The translations under genes were made by a program, and so were the position numbers. This document shows positions 28,063 to 32,881 of a stretch of 32,881 nucleotides of DNA, piece after piece; position 1 is the stretch's first letter; each line of letters starts with the position of its first letter. This stretch comes from a virus. Taxonomy: Duplodnaviria > Caudoviricetes. The notes below the pieces were generated by a model. It did not search any database and was not told the origin of the DNA. It worked only from the letters and a program-made list of their open reading frames with translations. Where the stretch lies: the IMG/VR virus record IMGVR_UViG_3300045599_000046, positions 1 to 32,881 of that record, one strand, 5' to 3'.

Positions 28063-28173
28063 TATTCTTTTCTCCCTTTAAAATTATTATTTTATATTAA
28101 TTGAGAGAGTAAAAAGTATACCCCCTCATATATATAACCGTCACAGGTCACTTTTTTGCTGTATTTTTTCGAA

Positions 28174-29769
28174 TTAAGTACACATTTTACACTTACTCTT
28201 AAAACCATCCTTGCCTCTTGGTTCTTTATAATAATATTTTTCATTCAAAAGCTTAACTTCTTTACACTTGCTACATGTTTTATACGTCCCTTTAACCTTG
28301 TATGTATAAATCCAATCTTCTCGATCTTGTAAATATGTATCAACAATCATCTTGGGAATAATATTGTTATGTATTTCTGAAACTCGCTTCTCAGTAAGTA
28401 CAATCTTATACTTCGTCTCAATTTCTTCTATAATCTCTTTAGCTTCATATCCATCAATCTTCATAATTAAAATATCTTTCATATAATCTTCAAATTTGGT
28501 TTTTTCAATTAACTCATCTAAGTCAAACATTATTGCCCATAGGTCGCTATCTGGATGTTCATAAACTCTCTTCTTTAATTGACTATAGAAATTTAGTAAC
28601 TCTAGAATATGTTTTTCTTTAGAGAAATCAATTTTGTTCTCTGACACTAAGATATAATCTTGGTTGTCATTAAAATAGCCAGTATCAGTGTCATAATTGA
28701 AATTGGTTGATCCCTGATTTAATTTTTTAAATCTAATAGTACCAGAAAGTTTTTCTTTCATGACAAGAATTTCAGCAGATAGATCGCGGTATAGTTTATT
28801 CATAAGTTTTAACTGATAAGTCCCATATTTCTCTTTAATAATATTTTGCAGTCTTTTTTTCTCAGTTTTCTCTTTCCCAATGCCAAGCATATTTTTTAGA
28901 TAGAGGATAATATTATACACTTCTTTAATCTCTGGAAATCTATTTAAGTCTTCTTTAGTAATCTTGGGCTTACTTTCAACCTTATACAATTTTTGGTTTT
29001 TTGATTTTTTTACATTTGGGTTAGAAGGTTCAGTATCTAAAATCATATTTTTAATTTCTTCCTTTTCTCCAAATAAGATTTCTTTTCCTCTTAGATGATT
29101 CATATCCACTTTGGAGTTTTTCAGTCTTACTTCATAGCGTTGTTTTTGTTTTTTATTTTTGTATTTTGGGAATACCATATAATCAACCAGCACACTAAGA
29201 CCAATTAGTGAGAAATCATTCTCAGCCAATTTATTAACTTTAGTTTTTAACTGTTTTTTACAAAAGAGAGGAGAGCTAATATAATCAATAAGCCAATTCA
29301 TGTTCTTTTCATCTAAAAGTTTTTCTAAGTGCTTCTTTCGATCATCTGCAAATTCAATATTGTAATCTAGCTGCTTAATAATTGATTTTAAAACATCTCT
29401 TACTGATCCAGTCACATTCCAAGTTTTTTGCTTTAGCCATTCATCTCTTTTTTCTTGCCAAGGTCGTTTAACTGTTTCAAGATTGTATCCATATTCAATT
29501 TCATTACTTCTGTATTCTTGAATCCAGTGTTTTTTTCTATTGCTAAGAGTAGAAGGGTCTTCAACTAATTCTAAAATTTTAATTTCAAAATTTGATTCTT
29601 CATATGTACTCCAGGCATCTTGCAATCTTAGATTACTATGTTTATTTTTATTTAGTTTTTTGTAAAGATACTTTTGAAAATTATGTATGTTAGTGGTAGA
29701 ATTGATGAAACATTTATTATTTATTTTATTAATAAGGCTGTATATGCCATGCTGTTGATTATCATCCAT
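28174..29769 (-). CDS. Degenerate GIY-YIG domain fused to a conserved phage protein with HTH-like region and C-terminal Zn finger
   Basis: GIYSLIN...H.N..LQ.AW...ILE...WI...GYN; C-terminal CSKC...KDG...CKMC. Confidence 0.75.
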   Translation of the reverse strand: MDDNQQHGIYSLINKINNKCFINSTTNIHNFQKYLYKKLNKNKHSNLRLQDAWSTYEESNFEIKILELVEDPSTLSNRKKHWIQEYRSNEIEYGYNLETVKRPWQEKRDEWLKQKTWNVTGSVRDVLKSIIKQLDYNIEFADDRKKHLEKLLDEKNMNWLIDYISSPLFCKKQLKTKVNKLAENDFSLIGLSVLVDYMVFPKYKNKKQKQRYEVRLKNSKVDMNHLRGKEILFGEKEEIKNMILDTEPSNPNVKKSKNQKLYKVESKPKITKEDLNRFPEIKEVYNIILYLKNMLGIGKEKTEKKRLQNIIKEKYGTYQLKLMNKLYRDLSAEILVMKEKLSGTIRFKKLNQGSTNFNYDTDTGYFNDNQDYILVSENKIDFSKEKHILELLNFYSQLKKRVYEHPDSDLWAIMFDLDELIEKTKFEDYMKDILIMKIDGYEAKEIIEEIETKYKIVLTEKRVSEIHNNIIPKMIVDTYLQDREDWIYTYKVKGTYKTCSKCKEVKLLNEKYYYKEPRGKDGFKSKCKMCT

Positions 29770-29804
29770 TTAGCTACAATTTGATCCCCCTTGTGTATTA
29801 AATT

Positions 29805-29827
29805 TTGAAAACAATAGTTGTTTTCAA
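29805..29827. promoter_or_regulatory. Perfect inverted repeat, candidate operator
   Basis: TTGAAAACAA-TAG-TTGTTTTCAA in the divergent intergenic region. Confidence 0.5.
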
Positions 29828-29890
29828 TGCTAATTATACTATAGATACATAAATTTAACAATATAAAATATATAAATTATATAAATTTAA

Positions 29891-29919
29891 TTGACATCAG
29901 TAATTAGTCACTATATACT
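29891..29919 (+). promoter_or_regulatory. sigA promoter
   Basis: TTGACA-17 nt-TATACT. Confidence 0.75.
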
Positions 29920-29958
29920 TCAAATATATTGGAATTAAATACAAAGGAGAGATGTCTA

Positions 29959-31032
29959 GTGCAGGTACAATTCACGAATGCCAATGTTACAAGATTCACC
30001 AATAATAATGTTTATAATTTAATTATGATCTTTTTACAAAGTGCTGCAAACAGTAGTGAGCATACTTATAGAAAGTATAAAAAAGACATTGAAGATTTCT
30101 TTTTGTATGTGAGAAATAAAGAAATTGAAAATTTAACTCTTGAGGATATTAAAGTAGTTAACGCAGAAGTGTTGGATTATCAAAACTACCTATCTAAGCG
30201 TTATAAAAACTCTACCACAAACGGAAAATTTAATGCGATCAAAAGTTTATATAAATTCTTCAAACAAAATGAGTTAGATGTTAACCCATATGCGGTTTCT
30301 GTAAAAGATTTACCTGATGACAGCCAAAGAACTGGAGGGCTAACTAAGGAAGAAGCATTTTTATTGGCTGATTTAGCATTGCACTATGAGACTCATAATC
30401 GATACATGAAATATGCCCTTATATTGACAGCTTTTGCAACATCGATAAGAATAGGGGCGTTAGTAAAATTGGAGTATAAGCACATAAGACCATGTGAAAA
30501 CGATCCAGATAAATATATTATTAATCCTGATTTTCTGGATAAAGGCAAAGAAATATATAAAGAAATTCATGCAGATGTTTATAATGCTATGCTTCTAGCC
30601 AGGGAAAAAGATCCAAGAAAACGCAAAGATGATAGAATTTTCACAATGGATACAAAAGGTGCTAACGAAATGATGAAGCGACTTTTCAAAATCGCAGGTT
30701 TTGATCCAAGAAGAAAAATAACTTTTCACAGTATTAGGAAGGGTGCTACGGATTATGCCTATGAAGTCTCTGGAGGAGATATGGCAGTAGTAACAGCACA
30801 GGGGAATTGGAGTTCTCCAGCTACAGCATATAAACATTACATGAAAAAACAAGTCAATATAGTGGGTATGGCAGCATTTGAGAAGATAGATGATGATATA
30901 TTTGATCAATTGTCTCATGAAGAGCTACTGCAACTCGTTAAAAAGCAGAAGAATGGACTTGGGCTAAGACTGAAAAGAGAAGCGCAAGAAATTGTTAATG
31001 GGAGACATAATACTAAAATAAAATATAATTGA
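29959..31032 (+). CDS. Tyrosine recombinase family protein (SPbeta YopP-like)
   Basis: TSIRIGAL, DKG, FHSIRK, GNW, HY; RBS AAAGGAG favours GTG at 29959. Confidence 0.8.
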   Translation: MQVQFTNANVTRFTNNNVYNLIMIFLQSAANSSEHTYRKYKKDIEDFFLYVRNKEIENLTLEDIKVVNAEVLDYQNYLSKRYKNSTTNGKFNAIKSLYKFFKQNELDVNPYAVSVKDLPDDSQRTGGLTKEEAFLLADLALHYETHNRYMKYALILTAFATSIRIGALVKLEYKHIRPCENDPDKYIINPDFLDKGKEIYKEIHADVYNAMLLAREKDPRKRKDDRIFTMDTKGANEMMKRLFKIAGFDPRRKITFHSIRKGATDYAYEVSGGDMAVVTAQGNWSSPATAYKHYMKKQVNIVGMAAFEKIDDDIFDQLSHEELLQLVKKQKNGLGLRLKREAQEIVNGRHNTKIKYN

Positions 31033-31056
31033 CATTGATGAATATCTATTTATAAT
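31029..31056 (+). promoter_or_regulatory. Consensus sigA promoter
   Basis: TTGACA-16 nt-TATAAT. Confidence 0.75.
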
Positions 31057-31062
31057 ACTAGG

Positions 31063-31184
31063 TAGGCGATTTTTTGTCATTTCAAGATGCAATTTTTAGC
31101 CTACCCTAGGCGAAAAGTTGTCATTTCAAAGTACAAAAATTATCCTAGGGTAGGCGATTTTTTGTCATTTCAAAGTACAAAAAT
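31063..31184 (+). repeat. Three direct repeats with an exact 44-bp period (iteron-like)
   Basis: TAGGCGA....TTGTCATTTCAA...CAA at 31063, 31107 and 31151. Confidence 0.9.
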
Positions 31185-31281
31185 CAGGGAGGTATATACA
31201 GTGATTACATCTATACAAAGATAACATCTATACATAAAGCAAACACATGTAATCAAGACACGTAATCATACAAGAAAGTAG

Positions 31282-32016
31282 GTGAATGGAATAAAAGATA
31301 AAATATACATATATGATGTATTCACAGAACTATATAGTCCGTATCAGTTGACTCCAAATGAACTGTATCTTTTTTGCTTTCTATACACGAAAAGAAATCA
31401 CGAATACAAATTACTTATCTCCATTGAATTAATACATCAGGCAATACCAATTAAACTCCATAATTCCAGGCCAGGTATAAATAGATCCCGGATCAAAGAA
31501 ACCCTTCTTACATTAAGGGAAAAGGGTGTAATTAATTTTGATATTGATGAAGCTGCCTTAAATAAAAAAAACGGGAAAGATATATTGATACATATCACCT
31601 TTGAAAAGATTAATGAAGAATCTGGGTATGAGCTTATAAGCTATAATAATTTTTATAGTGCAAATAATATATATCACTTTTATATTATTATGGCTGTTAA
31701 AAGATTTGATAATGTTAAATACATGGAGAATGGGCTTTATGGGAGATGGATATCTGAAAAAGAATTTGCTAAGCTATTGAATGTTGGAGAAGATACATTA
31801 AGAAAAAATATAAATGAGCTACTGTCTCAAAAAAGACTTTTTAAATTAACTGGTTCAAAAGGGGAAAACACCAATGAAAGAGATAAAAACAGATACCGCA
31901 CAATCCCGTTCCCTAAAGATGGTAAAGACTCCTTTGAAAATAGGCATGATGGAAATAAAAAAAGAATGAGAAAGGGCATAAAAAATAAAAATCAGGATAA
32001 GGAACATCCATTTTGA
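31282..32016 (+). CDS. Winged-helix protein, replication-initiator-like
   Basis: LTPNELYLFCFL; WISEKEFAKLLNVGEDTLRKNINEL HTH; KNRY; C-terminal PF; adjacent to repeats. Confidence 0.55.
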   Translation: MNGIKDKIYIYDVFTELYSPYQLTPNELYLFCFLYTKRNHEYKLLISIELIHQAIPIKLHNSRPGINRSRIKETLLTLREKGVINFDIDEAALNKKNGKDILIHITFEKINEESGYELISYNNFYSANNIYHFYIIMAVKRFDNVKYMENGLYGRWISEKEFAKLLNVGEDTLRKNINELLSQKRLFKLTGSKGENTNERDKNRYRTIPFPKDGKDSFENRHDGNKKRMRKGIKNKNQDKEHPF

Positions 32017-32784
32017 TATCGGTATGTAATCGAAGGTGTATTTTTGGTTAATCGTAAATTGACCAGGATACACCTTTTATTGTAAGTAAAAATGTTGATA
32101 TGGCAAGGGTTTTGTGCAAGTGAGATGAGTGAATATAGTGCTGTATTTAGGGTAAAAATCGTAGAAACATTGATGTAGCAAGGGTTAGAGGGGGATATTG
32201 GAGGGATATGTGGGAATTTTAGGTGAGAGAGGTGTGTTGAAAATGTTGATATATGGGGATTTGTACGATGCGATTACGATTGAGGATGAGGGTGAAATGG
32301 TGATAATTTGGAAATCGTTGGTAATATTTTTGGGGTGTGGGGGTGGAAGTGCTCTACTGGATTTCGCGGCAAAAAGTCACTTTTGCAATGTTAACCATCC
32401 CCTCTATGGTGCTATTAGTGCCTATATATGTTAAGGTATCAAGGGAGTAATAAAAGGAAGGTAAGTTATACACTATTAGTAAGGGTCTTATTAATATAAA
32501 GTATATTATTTTTAAATTTTATTGCGTGTGACACAATGCGCCAATTGGTCATTAATAATCGATATTGTAACAGGAAAATTTTGGCGAAAGACTTCCCATA
32601 CATACTAAACATAAATGTATAATAAGTATACTATGTGCATTGCATACTCACCAACAAACAAATTCAACCCAACTCACCAACATTATACTAATATTAAATA
32701 TATTTAAACTATTACAAACAATCGTATTGACGTAAAATATATTATATGATACTATAATATTAATAGAGGAGGTGATACATACAT

Positions 32785-32881
32785 ATGGATTGGCTACAGG
32801 AAGCCATAGAAGTAGTAAAACTTATACCACTATTTATAACAATGTTTGTCACCGTCATCGTATTTTATACAAAAAAATACA
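32785..32881 (+). CDS. Partial ORF with a hydrophobic N-terminus
   Basis: TTGACG-17 nt-TACTAT promoter, RBS GAGGAGGTG, MDWLQEAIEVVKLIPLFITMFVTVIVFYTKKY. Confidence 0.65.
   Translation, partial: MDWLQEAIEVVKLIPLFITMFVTVIVFYTKKY

Larger units (their letters stand above)
1..32881. mobile_element. SPbeta-like large temperate phage/prophage segment (late morphogenesis region plus putative replication/terminal region)
   Basis: Gene order HU, PhoH, phosphoesterase, terminase, portal, protease, capsid, head-tail, tail tube, recombinase, tape measure matches the SPbeta yon/yom layout; no host housekeeping operons. Confidence 0.9.

Noticed and set aside
28146-28160. GTCACTTTT..GC match between about 28147 and 32376
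   Set aside because: Too short in AT-rich DNA to support as a shared site
31063-31184. CRISPR mini-array
   Set aside because: Variable segments are only about 10 bp and related to one another; no cas genes in the window
31029-32016. Type III toxin-antitoxin locus
   Set aside because: The promoter-repeats-gene layout fits, but there is no clear terminator before the gene and the protein looks winged-helix rather than ToxN/TenpN/CptN-like
32198-32434. 78-aa ORF in the G-rich region
   Set aside because: Composition reflects the skewed repeat tract and there are no protein motifs; more likely non-coding

Overview
Low-GC window that is entirely phage DNA, from a large SPbeta-like temperate siphophage of a Bacillales host (host inferred from the HU sequence and sigA-type promoters). 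A long minus-strand late region reads right to left: a GIY-YIG-fused Zn-finger protein, HU, PhoH, a metallophosphoesterase, an HNH-like endonuclease, a fibre/XkdX cassette, terminase, portal, protease/scaffold, capsid, head-tail and tail genes, a tyrosine recombinase, an accessory block (lipoprotein, four small regulators, antirepressor-RsfA fusion, zeta-toxin-like kinase plus two paralogous peptides) and the tape-measure gene. The tape-measure gene is interrupted by a group I intron with a Zn-finger-repeat ORF that runs off the left edge. At the right end, on the plus strand, are a second tyrosine recombinase, a promoter followed by three 44-bp-period repeats, a Rep-like winged-helix gene and a skewed non-coding region. 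The most notable unannotated items are a 60-nt tRNA-like element with almost no anticodon arm, a related three-way-junction RNA, the zeta/twin-peptide locus and a nuclease-dead GIY-YIG fusion. All family calls come from motif recognition and synteny, not from database searches.
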